Shown here: piece after piece, positions 41,631-50,993 of the stretch
Position numbering within the stretch: the stretch's first letter is position 1
Layout of the letters: each line of letters starts with the position of its first letter
Assembly: GCA_034520565.1 (NCBI GenBank)
Contig: JAXHNL010000002.1
Span: 1,056,001 to 1,120,000 of the forward strand
Reading direction: 5' to 3'
DNA length: 64,000 nucleotides
DNA from: Halodesulfurarchaeum sp.
GTDB lineage: Archaea > Halobacteriota > Halobacteria > Halobacteriales > Halobacteriaceae
Notes under the pieces: generated by a model
Seen by the model: only the letters and a program-made list of their open reading frames with translations
What the model was told of the DNA's origin: nothing
Database searches by the model: none
Program-made: the position numbers and the translations under genes

Positions 41631-42956
41631 ATGCATCGCCGTCGCCTCCTCGCACTCTCCGGTGCGCTCCTCGCTGGCGCGCTCGCCGGTTGTTCGGCCC
41701 CGGCTCCCCGCTCCATGGACCGATCTCCCGGGCCACGGGCCGAGCCCGACGTTGAAGCCGACACTCTCGACAGTCTCGTCGCCGACGCGAACACCTTCTC
41801 GACGGCCCTGTATCACGAGACCACCGCGGATTCGCCGACCGAGAACGCCATCGTTTCGCCCCTCAGCGTGACCACAACGCTCGCGATGGCCTTCGCGGGG
41901 GCCGGCGGGGAGACCAGGTCCCAGATGCGGGAGGCCCTTGAATACTCCCTGAACGACGAGTCGCTTCATCCGGCGTTCAACGCACTACAGCGCGAACTGA
42001 ACGACCGCGCTGCGGAAATAGAGGATCTCCCCTCTGGATACGAGGCGGGGGACGACCCGGTCCCGTTCGAACTCTCCCTCGTCAACGCCGTGTGGGGCCA
42101 ATCCGGGTTTCCGTTCGAGGAGGCATACCTCGAAGTGCTCGCGGATCACTACGGCGGTGGCCTTCGGGAGGTCGACTACAGGGCCGACCCGGAACGGGTC
42201 CGTCGGACCATCAACGACTGGGTGGCCGGACAGACAGCAGGCCGGATCGACGAGTTACTTCCACAGGGCACACTCGACACGCTCACGCGACTGGTCTTGA
42301 CCAACGCCGTGTACTTCAAGGCGAACTGGCACGAGCCATTCGACCCCGAGGACACCCGGCAGGCTCCCTTTAGGCCGCTTCAGGGATCGCCAACGGAGGT
42401 GCCGATGATGACCACAACGGATCCGGCACCCTACGCGGCGGTCGACGGGACACAGGCCGTCGAACTCCCGTACCTCGGTGGAGACGTGTCGATGCTCGTT
42501 CTGCTTCCGCCCCCGGGGGAGTTCGAGTCCGTCGAGGCGAGGCTGGATTCCGTGCTTTACTCGACCGTCGCCGAGGCCCTCGAACCACGGGAGGGCTCGA
42601 TCGCGATCCCGAAATTCGAGTTCGGCGCCGGGTACAAACTGAAACCGGCCCTCGAGACGCTGGGGATGCCCGAGGCGTTCGATCCGCAGGCAGCTGACTT
42701 CTCGGGAATGGCCGACATCGAGGGCACCGGGGAACGTCTCTTCATCGACGACGTGTACCACGACACCTACATCGGGGTCGACGAGACCGGAACGGAAGCT
42801 GCAGCGGCGACCGGGGCCGTGATCGGGTATACGTCTGCACCGGCTGACCCCTTCGAGTTCGTTGCGGATCGCCCGTTCCTGTTTGCCATCCGGGATCGGC
42901 CGACCGGCGCGATCCTCTTTCTGGGGCGAGTCGTCGACGCCGGGGCGGCCCAGTAA
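41631..42956 (+). CDS. Serpin, Tat-exported lipoprotein
   Basis: HRRRLL twin-arginine motif plus LAGC lipobox; NAIVSPLS, INDWV, NAVYFKANW, hinge ETGTEAAAAT, FVADRPFLF, ILFLGRV. Confidence 0.93.
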   Translation: MHRRRLLALSGALLAGALAGCSAPAPRSMDRSPGPRAEPDVEADTLDSLVADANTFSTALYHETTADSPTENAIVSPLSVTTTLAMAFAGAGGETRSQMREALEYSLNDESLHPAFNALQRELNDRAAEIEDLPSGYEAGDDPVPFELSLVNAVWGQSGFPFEEAYLEVLADHYGGGLREVDYRADPERVRRTINDWVAGQTAGRIDELLPQGTLDTLTRLVLTNAVYFKANWHEPFDPEDTRQAPFRPLQGSPTEVPMMTTTDPAPYAAVDGTQAVELPYLGGDVSMLVLLPPPGEFESVEARLDSVLYSTVAEALEPREGSIAIPKFEFGAGYKLKPALETLGMPEAFDPQAADFSGMADIEGTGERLFIDDVYHDTYIGVDETGTEAAAATGAVIGYTSAPADPFEFVADRPFLFAIRDRPTGAILFLGRVVDAGAAQ

Positions 42957-43010
42957 CGGCGACACAGGGAGCCGGAACGCTTAGGGAAATCCTCCGGCTA
43001 GAGGGAGCCA

Positions 43011-43553
43011 ATGCGTCTGTTCCGGCCGAGTACCCTCCTCGGCATCGCGAGGGAAACCCTGGAGTTCACCCTCGAGGCCTGCGAGGAGACCCATCCGAAC
43101 GAGTACATGGGCTTTCTCCGGGCCGAGGACGCCGACAAACTCGGCCTCGACCGGACCGGACAGGTGATCACGGACGTGCTGGTGATCCCGGGGACGAAGT
43201 CCAATCCGGTGAGCGCCACCGTTCGTTCGCACATGAAGCCCAACGACATGCGCTCGGTCGGTTCGGTCCACTCCCATCCGAACGGTGCGCTCCGGCCAAG
43301 CGACGCCGATCTCGCCACGTTCGGTCAGGGACAGGTACACATCATCGTCGGCGCACCGTACGGCTGGGGGGACTGGAAGGCCTTCGACAACCAGGGCAAC
43401 CAGACCACACTCGACGTGCTCGACGTCGAACTCCCTGAGCACCACTTCTTCGATTTCACGCAGGACGATATCGACGCCGAACTGGCCGCGGAGGGTCGCC
43501 TCGATGGGGACGAGGAGGACACAGCCGATACGGACTCCGGCTGGTTCTTCTGA
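43011..43553 (+). CDS. JAMM/MPN+ (Mov34) metalloprotease
   Basis: HPNE catalytic Glu and HSHPNG...PSDAD JAMM motif. Confidence 0.9.
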   Translation: MRLFRPSTLLGIARETLEFTLEACEETHPNEYMGFLRAEDADKLGLDRTGQVITDVLVIPGTKSNPVSATVRSHMKPNDMRSVGSVHSHPNGALRPSDADLATFGQGQVHIIVGAPYGWGDWKAFDNQGNQTTLDVLDVELPEHHFFDFTQDDIDAELAAEGRLDGDEEDTADTDSGWFF

Positions 43554-43581
43554 CGGTGCCGAAATCGACGGCGAACCTCGG

Positions 43582-43773
43582 TTACTGTCCGCTCGGTTTG
43601 GGCTCGAACCCGGTCGTTACCGGCATCACGCTGATGCCACCGTCCGGGGAGGCGACGACCAGACAGTTCCCGCCCCGTTCGAGTTTGCTTTCCTCGAAAA
43701 CCGCGTCATCGAGTTCGATCCGCCCGTCGGCGTCGATCGAGTGAACGCCGACCATGGTCCGCTCGGTAGTCAT
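43582..43773 (-). CDS. Small hypothetical protein (possibly AbrB-like)
   Basis: 63-aa acidic ORF filling the gap between genes; SIDADGRIEL resembles an AbrB/MraZ start. Weak. Confidence 0.45.
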   Translation of the reverse strand: MTTERTMVGVHSIDADGRIELDDAVFEESKLERGGNCLVVASPDGGISVMPVTTGFEPKPSGQ

Positions 43774-43834
43774 GACAGGAGATTGGTCCGGAGACGTAAC
43801 TGAATACCGGATCTGGCGTGGCGTTCTGATCACA

Positions 43835-45295
43835 TCACCCGAGGTGGACGAGGGCGATGTCCGTGTCGATCCCGTCGAGGTTCCTGAACGTCGGCGGGGA
43901 GCGGATCCGCGACGTGACCGATCGATCGCTGCTGGACCCGATGAAGACCACGTCGTAGTACGCTCCGTTTCGCTCGAGGAATTCGCCGACAGGGCCGGTG
44001 GCGACTCTGGTTTCGATGTCAGACTCGAAGGAGTCGACTAACTCAGTCAGCATGGTCTCGGCTTCGCGCCGCCGCTCGCGTTCCTCGACGGTGTGGGCCA
44101 CGCTCACGCGCTCGGGGGTCGCTGCGATCCGGGTGGCGAAGTCGATCATCGCGTGGGCGGTCGGGCCCGGTCCTCGAACCAGCACGAGGACGCGACTCCA
44201 GCTCGTCGCCAGGTCCGTGGGGTGGAAGGCGATGGTGTCCACGTCGCCCCCGAAGAGCCCCACGAGGTACGGCGTCGGGTTCGCGAGTTCGCCCCTGTGG
44301 CTGGTGACTATCAGGTCACAGGCAAGGGTGTGGGCCGCTTCGATCGTCGTCCGGGGGTTTTCGGGGTCGCCGGGTTCGACCGCGATCTCGGTCGGGACGT
44401 CGACGGTTTCCCCGATCGCGGCTTTGACGCGCTCGAGCAGCCCGATATCGGGGGTTTCCGACCAGGGACCGACGACCTGCAGCCCTGCTGCTCCCTCGGT
44501 CTGTGCGTCTGTGGGGGCGGTTTTCGGGTCGGTTGGCGGTCCGAAAACGGGCTCGGGTAACGGCTCGTGGGGCGAGGCCCGGTAGAGCACGACCCGTCCC
44601 GCCTCGTGGGCCGCCGCGAGGAGCGCTCCGAAGAGGGCCGTCTCCTCGTCGGTGGGAAGCCCCCGAACCGGAACGAGCACCCGATCGTCCCTGGCGGTCG
44701 TCCGGTAGAGGAACTCGGCCCGCTGTTCGTAGACGTGCTCGTACCAGAGGAGGAAGACCCCGGCGACGATCGCACTGGACACGGCGATGGCGATGACGTA
44801 CGCGACGTTCGTGCCGGCCAAAAGCGCGAGCAGTGCGGCCGAAAACGCCGTCGGCACTTCGAGGTCGAGTGCCCAGGTGAGTACCGCCGTGAGGGCGATC
44901 GCCAGTGCGGTGGCACCGGCGTGGACCTCCATGTAGCCCGGTGGCACCGAGTACCAGAACGCAGTCAGGAACTCGAGGGCCGCCCACCCTGAAAACGCTC
45001 CGAGGGTCATCCCGCCGACGAACCGCTTCGGGTCGGCATACTGGCTTTCCGGATCTGCAAAGAGCGTGTACGTGCCGGCGGCGAGAGGCGGGTAAATGAC
45101 GAAGGGGAGGACGTCGATCGCGTTCGAGAGCCAGGTGAGCCCGGCCAGGATGACCGGCACCACGAAGACGATCATCAGGTGGAGGAGCCGCTCCGTGCTC
45201 GAAATCCGGTGATGAAGCGTTTCTACCACGTGGTACTTCCCGGCCAGCAGGAACCGTTCGATGGAGCCCCGGACGTCCCCTCCTCCCCGACTCAT
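43835..45295 (-). CDS. HPP-family membrane protein with C-terminal USP-like domains
   Basis: YPPLAAGTYTLF, about five TM helices, then RVLVPV and RVLVLV USP-like strands. Confidence 0.8.
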   Translation of the reverse strand: MSRGGGDVRGSIERFLLAGKYHVVETLHHRISSTERLLHLMIVFVVPVILAGLTWLSNAIDVLPFVIYPPLAAGTYTLFADPESQYADPKRFVGGMTLGAFSGWAALEFLTAFWYSVPPGYMEVHAGATALAIALTAVLTWALDLEVPTAFSAALLALLAGTNVAYVIAIAVSSAIVAGVFLLWYEHVYEQRAEFLYRTTARDDRVLVPVRGLPTDEETALFGALLAAAHEAGRVVLYRASPHEPLPEPVFGPPTDPKTAPTDAQTEGAAGLQVVGPWSETPDIGLLERVKAAIGETVDVPTEIAVEPGDPENPRTTIEAAHTLACDLIVTSHRGELANPTPYLVGLFGGDVDTIAFHPTDLATSWSRVLVLVRGPGPTAHAMIDFATRIAATPERVSVAHTVEERERRREAETMLTELVDSFESDIETRVATGPVGEFLERNGAYYDVVFIGSSSDRSVTSRIRSPPTFRNLDGIDTDIALVHLG

Positions 45296-45481
45296 ATCAC
45301 TCGGTCTGACCGAAACCTGTTGAACGCTCCGATCGGCGGTGACGGCCCAAACGGACCCGGCAATCGTCCTCAGGGCCCGATGGAAACCCCATCTCTCGAA
45401 CAGGGACCATATAAGCGATGGGCTCCTATGACCACTCGATTGCTCCGAGGCCCAGCACCGACCTCGGGGGAACGGGTACAC

Positions 45482-46048
45482 ATGACTGGTCAGGTATTCC
45501 GACTCTCCGCGTCGTTCGAACTCCCGCTCGAGGATCTCGAGGCATACCTCGAGGACCCGGATCTCCCCCCGGAGATCGAGTCTCTCGAGCGGACGAGACG
45601 AAACAACATCTTGCTTATCAAGGCCGTCGCCGCCGGGGACGGGGTGGGCAAGTACACACCGACGGCCCAACTGAAGGCGAGTATCGAGGAAAAACGCGTC
45701 TACGAGGAGGAGCCCCCACGGGGACGTCGCTGGAATTCCCTCGACGAAGACGAAGAGATCCCGAGTGAACTCGTCACGATGGCGAACTTCAGCGGCGATC
45801 GCGAGGCGGTCCTACAGAACACCGCCTTGCAGTACGAGATGTTTACGGTCCTCACCGACATCGCGCTCCTCGACACCGAGGGCTCGCTCACGGCGATCAC
45901 CGCCTTCGACGGCTCTCTCGAGCCCCTCAAAATCGTCGACGGCGAACCGACGCCCGCGACCGTCGAAGTCGTTGAAGAACCGGTCGAAGCGGGCGAGGGC
46001 GAGGACGGTGGCGTCGACTGGCGGGAGAACCCCTACATTTCCGAGTAG
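45482..46048 (+). CDS. Conserved haloarchaeal hypothetical protein
   Basis: Highly acidic 188-aa ORF with typical codon usage (KYTPTAQLKA, VLQNTALQYEMF). Confidence 0.75.
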   Translation: MTGQVFRLSASFELPLEDLEAYLEDPDLPPEIESLERTRRNNILLIKAVAAGDGVGKYTPTAQLKASIEEKRVYEEEPPRGRRWNSLDEDEEIPSELVTMANFSGDREAVLQNTALQYEMFTVLTDIALLDTEGSLTAITAFDGSLEPLKIVDGEPTPATVEVVEEPVEAGEGEDGGVDWRENPYISE

Positions 46049-46151
46049 CGGGTGCTTCGACCCGGTTTCTGGCGGCCGGTCCCCACTCCAGTGTGAGAGA
46101 CGTCAGCGCGTGATGCCAATCGTTTTCCTTCCCGGCGACGGACCCTGCAGT

Positions 46152-47432
46152 ATGCAACTGTCGCCACTCGGGATTGCCGAGTTGGACACGGAGCGACGCC
46201 GGGCGATTCTCGAACGGGACGCCGGGGTCGAGTCGGAGCGGGAAACCGTCCGGGAGATCATCGAACAGGTCCGGACCGACGGGGACGCCGCGATCCGGGA
46301 ATTGAGCCGTCGTTTCGACGGCGTGGACCTCGATTCGATCGAGATCACCGATCGGATCGCCGGGGCAGCCGAGGCCGTCGACCGGGACGTTCGGTCCGCG
46401 ATCGAGACGGCTGCGTCGAACATCCGGACGTTCCACCGCGAACAGGTTCCGACCGACTGGCGGGCCGACTTCGACGGACGTGAGCTGGGGCGTCGGTTCC
46501 GCCCACTCGACCGCGTCGGCATCTACGCCCCGGGGGGTACCGCAGCGTATCCGTCGAGTGTGCTGATGGGGGTCATTCCGGCCAAAGTGGCGGGCGTCGA
46601 CGAAGTGGCCGTCGCGACCCCGCCGGCCGAGGAATTGCACCCGGCCACACTCGCGGCCCTCGAGGTCGCCGGTGCTGACGCCGTCTACCAGATCGGTGGA
46701 GCCCAGGCGATCGCGGCGCTGGCCTACGGGACCGAAAGTGTCGCCCCTGTCCAGAAGATCGCCGGGCCCGGGAATCGCTTCGTGACGGCAGCCAAAGCCG
46801 AAGTTCAGGGCGACGTCGCGATCGACTTCCTCGCGGGCCCGAGCGAACTGCTCGCGATCGCGGACCACACTGCCGATCCGACTGCGGTGGCCGCGGACAT
46901 GCTCGCACAGGCCGAACACGATCCCGATTCCCCGGTGGTCGCCGTCGCGACGAGCGAGGGAATCGCCGAATCGATTCGAGACGCCGTCGAGGTGCAACTT
47001 CCGGAGCGCGACCGTGCAGAAACGATCGAGGCCGCTCTCTCGGGGTCCCAGTCGGCGATCCTCGTCGCGGCGTCGATGGACGAAGCCACCACGTTCGCGG
47101 AGGCCTACGCCGCCGAGCACCTCTCGATTCAGACGGCCGACGACGAGGCCGTACTCGCGGAAATCGACAGTGCGGGCTCGGTGTTCCTCGGCCCTGACAC
47201 GCCGGTCGCCGCCGGCGACTACGCGACTGGCACGAACCACGTCCTGCCGACCGGGGGCCAGGCCAAGCTGGTCGGCGGGCTCTCGGTCGACACCTTCCTG
47301 CGGGCGACGACGGTCCAGCGATTGGATCAGGAGTCTCTCGCGGAACTGGGGGAGACGGTCATGACGCTCGCGGCGACGGAGGGGCTCGACGCCCACGAAG
47401 AAAGCGTGGCCGTTCGGCTCGAGAAGGACTGA
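46152..47432 (+). CDS. hisD: Histidinol dehydrogenase
   Basis: GIYAPGG.AAYPSS, GGAQAIAALAYG, GPGNRFV, AGPSE, QAEHD, AEHL, GDYATGTNHVLPT. Confidence 0.96.
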   Translation: MQLSPLGIAELDTERRRAILERDAGVESERETVREIIEQVRTDGDAAIRELSRRFDGVDLDSIEITDRIAGAAEAVDRDVRSAIETAASNIRTFHREQVPTDWRADFDGRELGRRFRPLDRVGIYAPGGTAAYPSSVLMGVIPAKVAGVDEVAVATPPAEELHPATLAALEVAGADAVYQIGGAQAIAALAYGTESVAPVQKIAGPGNRFVTAAKAEVQGDVAIDFLAGPSELLAIADHTADPTAVAADMLAQAEHDPDSPVVAVATSEGIAESIRDAVEVQLPERDRAETIEAALSGSQSAILVAASMDEATTFAEAYAAEHLSIQTADDEAVLAEIDSAGSVFLGPDTPVAAGDYATGTNHVLPTGGQAKLVGGLSVDTFLRATTVQRLDQESLAELGETVMTLAATEGLDAHEESVAVRLEKD

Positions 47433-47464
47433 GCTCGAAAGAACCGGGAACCGTTCGGAACCGA

Positions 47465-47674
47465 TCAGGCGGTTGGCTCTTCGAGTTCGAAGGCGACCTC
47501 CAGTTCGACCTGGTACTGGCGGGTTTCGACGGACGCGATTTCGACGCCCATCTCGAGTACTTCCGCCCACATGACGTTGTCGAGGGTCATTTCGGCCCGA
47601 TCGACGGCGTTGTCGGCGGCTGCTTCGAAGCTCTCCTCGCTCGTTCCGGTCAGCGTGATTTTCTTGTACACCAT
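47465..47674 (-). CDS. Dodecin (flavin-binding)
   Basis: [16 protein letters not shown]...A..RA..TL...W.EV...YQV.L.VAF pattern. Confidence 0.92.
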   Translation of the reverse strand: MVYKKITLTGTSEESFEAAADNAVDRAEMTLDNVMWAEVLEMGVEIASVETRQYQVELEVAFELEEPTA

Positions 47675-47706
47675 CGAACCGACCTACGGAGGCGGCCCCG
47701 ATAAAA

Positions 47707-48375
47707 CTACGCGCCGTCTCGGCGGCGCGTCTCGAGCCGTCGCCCGATCGCCCGCGTGACGGGTTCGATACGCGCCGTTCCGAGGCCCGCGACGATGACT
47801 GCGCCCACGGTATTGAACACGAGGTCCAGCATCGTGTCGCCGACGCCGTACTGGGTGAGTACCGGTTCCGCACCGAGCAATAACGACAGTTCGGCGAGTA
47901 CGAACTCGGCGACCTCCCAGACGACGCCGAAGGCGACCACCAGCACGATGATGAACGTAAACTGGACCGTCGGTGGGAGTTCGATTTCTCTGGTGTGGGC
48001 CTGGAGGGCTCGTACGGTCGCATAGCCTGCCCCGGCGACGAGCGAGGAGGACAGCGCGTGCGTGAGGTGGTCCCACCACCCGATGGCCTGGTAGAAACTC
48101 ATGTCCATCCACGGCAACCCGATGGTCCCGAAGGCATGGAGGAAAACCGCAGCGGTGATCCAGAGCGTGAGCCCGGCGTCCATGGGGATTTCGAAGTCCC
48201 GTTCGAGGACGGCAGGGAGTGCGGTAATCGCCAGTCCGAACCCCGAGTTCACCATGATGCCGACGTCGGTTTCGTAGAAGCCCACGAACAGGAACCCGAC
48301 GAGGGAGAGCTGCATGAGGCGGCTGAGTTGGGTCTGTCGCTGGCGGCTAATCGAAAGTCGTTCCCGGGGTTTCAT
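47707..48375 (-). CDS. Membrane protein with WWDHLTH and WEVAE motifs
   Basis: Hydrophobic helices with LH, DHxxH, WEVAEF and DTMLD putative metal ligands. Confidence 0.75.
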   Translation of the reverse strand: MKPRERLSISRQRQTQLSRLMQLSLVGFLFVGFYETDVGIMVNSGFGLAITALPAVLERDFEIPMDAGLTLWITAAVFLHAFGTIGLPWMDMSFYQAIGWWDHLTHALSSSLVAGAGYATVRALQAHTREIELPPTVQFTFIIVLVVAFGVVWEVAEFVLAELSLLLGAEPVLTQYGVGDTMLDLVFNTVGAVIVAGLGTARIEPVTRAIGRRLETRRRDGA

Positions 48376-49016
48376 TCGATGGCCTCCGCCACTGCCGGCG
48401 GCAATCTGTTGCGGCCGGCGGCCAGTCGGCGGAAGTACAGGGCGAAGATCACGCCGGCAAGCAGGCCGCCGACCGTCGCGGCCACGAAGTCCCACATCAG
48501 CGCCTCGAGTGCCACTGCCTCGACGGCGGGTGAAACGGGCAGCGGACTCGGGTAGATCAGCGTCGTCCCGAGCAACACGTCCGAGACCCACCGGAGCACC
48601 GCCCAGATTCCCGCCGTGGCCATCGTCGTAACGACGACGAAGACCACGGCGAACCAGGTCGTCATTCGGACCCGCGTAAAGACCTCGAGGTCGACCGCGA
48701 TGACGAGTGCGACCGCCGAAACGCCGAGATACGCGGCGACGTCGGCAATCATTCCGCCAAGCAACCCCCTTGCGAACAGTGGCACGATTCCGAGAGCGAG
48801 CACTTCCCAGGGCAACATCACCCGTGGGTCTTTGAACACCAGCGGCGGGATCGCACCGAGCGCGACGACCGTGAGGGAGACCACTACCCAGACCCAGTCC
48901 CCGTCGAGTGCACTCTCGGCACCCACGAGGGCGAGCGCGAGCAGGAACCCCCAGCCCAGTATCGCGTTGAGGTGAGTGTTTCCCATCAGCGTGGCGAGTT
49001 CACCCGACCGTTCCAT
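48372..49016 (-). CDS. Hypothetical membrane protein, coupled to the downstream gene
   Basis: About six TM helices, MLPWEVL and LMWDFV motifs; ATGA overlap. Confidence 0.72.
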   Translation of the reverse strand: MERSGELATLMGNTHLNAILGWGFLLALALVGAESALDGDWVWVVVSLTVVALGAIPPLVFKDPRVMLPWEVLALGIVPLFARGLLGGMIADVAAYLGVSAVALVIAVDLEVFTRVRMTTWFAVVFVVVTTMATAGIWAVLRWVSDVLLGTTLIYPSPLPVSPAVEAVALEALMWDFVAATVGGLLAGVIFALYFRRLAAGRNRLPPAVAEAIE

Positions 49017-49081
49017 TGTCGAGGGTTCGTGGGGACGGGTTAGGAAAGTGTCGCCTGAGAACGGCTTCTGGTTCGGCGCCG

Positions 49082-49987
49082 TTACAAGGCTACAATCAGG
49101 TAGGCAACGGCGTACCCGATCCCTGCCAGCGTGACGGCGGCGAGGCCAGTCGTGATCCACGAGAGTGGAGCCCGTCGGTCCCGCGGGATCAGGCCGATGG
49201 CCCCCATCGTGAGGGCGCCGAAGACGAACTGGTAGGACTCCCCGAGTGTGGGCGCCGGTATCAGGAAAATCGCGAAGGCGAACGTCGCCCCAACTGCCGC
49301 GTGCGGTTTGATCTGGGCTGCCAGGGACCGGTCGTGGAGTCTACTGAGGGTATAGAGACCCAGCCAGATCGCCCCGATTTCGAGGAAGAAGGCCGCGAGG
49401 AGGTGAAGGGTCGGATCGGCAGCCAACACGATCCGGCCGGTAAACACCTCCAGTCCCGCCGGGTAAAGAAGCCACGGCGGGTCCCCAGTCACGAGGTCGC
49501 CGAAGGGGTGGGTGAACAGGCCGATGCCGGCGGCCAGGCCAGCCACCTGCCAGCCGACCGGAAGCCGCCCCGCGAGAAAACCCAGTCCCACCGCTCCGAG
49601 AACGAACGGAGCGACGACGACCAGCTTTCCGGTCGAGATGGCGACGAGAACACTTCCCGTGGCCAGCGCGACTCCGAGGCCGACGGAGCGTCGATGGCCC
49701 CCGGCAGCAACGAGCCCGATGACACCGGCGATCGGACCGGCAACGAGGAGCGAGTGCGTGACCGACCGATGAGCCGCCGCTCCGTCCCAGAACGCCTCGA
49801 CGGGAACGAGGCCGGATCCGGATCCGGCGACAAGGCCCGGAAGTGCCACGAGCATGTCAAGATCGGGAAGCGTCGCCGCGACCGCAGCGATCACTGCCAG
49901 CGAAACTGCCCGCTCGCGGGACCAGCCCAGCGAGTGACCGGCCAGCCCCACGATGGCGAACGCGAGCGCGGCGTGGCCCACGAACAT
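49082..49987 (-). CDS. Membrane-bound metal-dependent hydrolase (YdjM-like)
   Basis: GHA, LPDLD, HRSVTHSL, THPFGD motifs. Confidence 0.85.
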   Translation of the reverse strand: MFVGHAALAFAIVGLAGHSLGWSRERAVSLAVIAAVAATLPDLDMLVALPGLVAGSGSGLVPVEAFWDGAAAHRSVTHSLLVAGPIAGVIGLVAAGGHRRSVGLGVALATGSVLVAISTGKLVVVAPFVLGAVGLGFLAGRLPVGWQVAGLAAGIGLFTHPFGDLVTGDPPWLLYPAGLEVFTGRIVLAADPTLHLLAAFFLEIGAIWLGLYTLSRLHDRSLAAQIKPHAAVGATFAFAIFLIPAPTLGESYQFVFGALTMGAIGLIPRDRRAPLSWITTGLAAVTLAGIGYAVAYLIVAL

Positions 49988-50097
49988 AGCTCGGCTATGC
50001 GCCCGACCCGAATAAATTCATCACCTCCCACTCGTCCGTGCTCGAAAACGTCGAGACCGCTCGACGGCTGGCGGTTCTCGGGAACGACCGGACCCAT

Positions 50098-50949
50098 TCA
50101 CAGCGGCGTTTCGCCCTGCTCGGTCACCAGCGAATCCACGAATCGAGTCGGGGTCGCGTCGTAGGCCGGATTCCCGACCTCGAAACCATCCGGCGGCTCG
50201 CGGATGACCTCGCTCGGTGGCCGGAAGTCGTTCTCGAAGCGGAAGCCGCCGTCGACCACCTTGGCGCTCGATCCGGCGACGGTCACCGGGACGTCCTGGT
50301 CGGCCGCCGTCACGGCGATGGGATAGGTGCCGACCCGGTTGTACAGGACGTCCTCGACGATGCAGTCCATGCCGATCAGTACCTGGTCGACGTCGGTGAG
50401 GTAGTGCCCGGCCGCACTGTCGACGATCAGCGTCGTCTCGATCCGGTCGATGGCCCCGAGCACGCGGGCGGTTTTCCGACCGAGGTGGCGGGGTCGCGCT
50501 TCAGTGACGAACACCTCCAGGTGGGCCCCGTCTCGGGCGGCGGCCTCGAGTGCTTCGAGCACGGTGGAGGAGTAATCGTGGGTCAGTATCGTCATCCCGT
50601 TCCCGATCCGGTCGGCGGCCGCCTCCGCCGCCCGGTGTTTCGCCGTCTCGATCGTCGAGACGACCTCCTCGATCGCCCCTTCGGTGCGGGCTTTGGCGGC
50701 GTCGATGGACTCGGGATCGGCCTCTCGAACGGTCTCGACGATCTCCCGCTGGGTCGTGACCAGCGAGGCGTGTGAGGGATTGGCCCGCCGCAGGGCCGAA
50801 CTGTTGTGTTCGAGTTCGCGGAGATACTCCTCGACGCTTGGGTACTCCCGGTCCAAGAGCTCTTTGAGGGCGTTGGCGGCGTTAGCCGCGACGACCGAGG
50901 AGCTGTGGGTCCGCATCGACCGGATTTCCTCGGCGGTCTCGTCGATCAT
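50098..50949 (-). CDS. eIF-2B alpha/beta/delta family protein
   Basis: LTHDYSSTV, VTEARP, IGMDC, NRVGTY, NPAYDATP. Confidence 0.9.
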   Translation of the reverse strand: MIDETAEEIRSMRTHSSSVVAANAANALKELLDREYPSVEEYLRELEHNSSALRRANPSHASLVTTQREIVETVREADPESIDAAKARTEGAIEEVVSTIETAKHRAAEAAADRIGNGMTILTHDYSSTVLEALEAAARDGAHLEVFVTEARPRHLGRKTARVLGAIDRIETTLIVDSAAGHYLTDVDQVLIGMDCIVEDVLYNRVGTYPIAVTAADQDVPVTVAGSSAKVVDGGFRFENDFRPPSEVIREPPDGFEVGNPAYDATPTRFVDSLVTEQGETPL

Positions 50950-50993
50950 ACGACCACTCCATGCCGACCGGCCAAAAAGGTCCCTGCTCGGGC

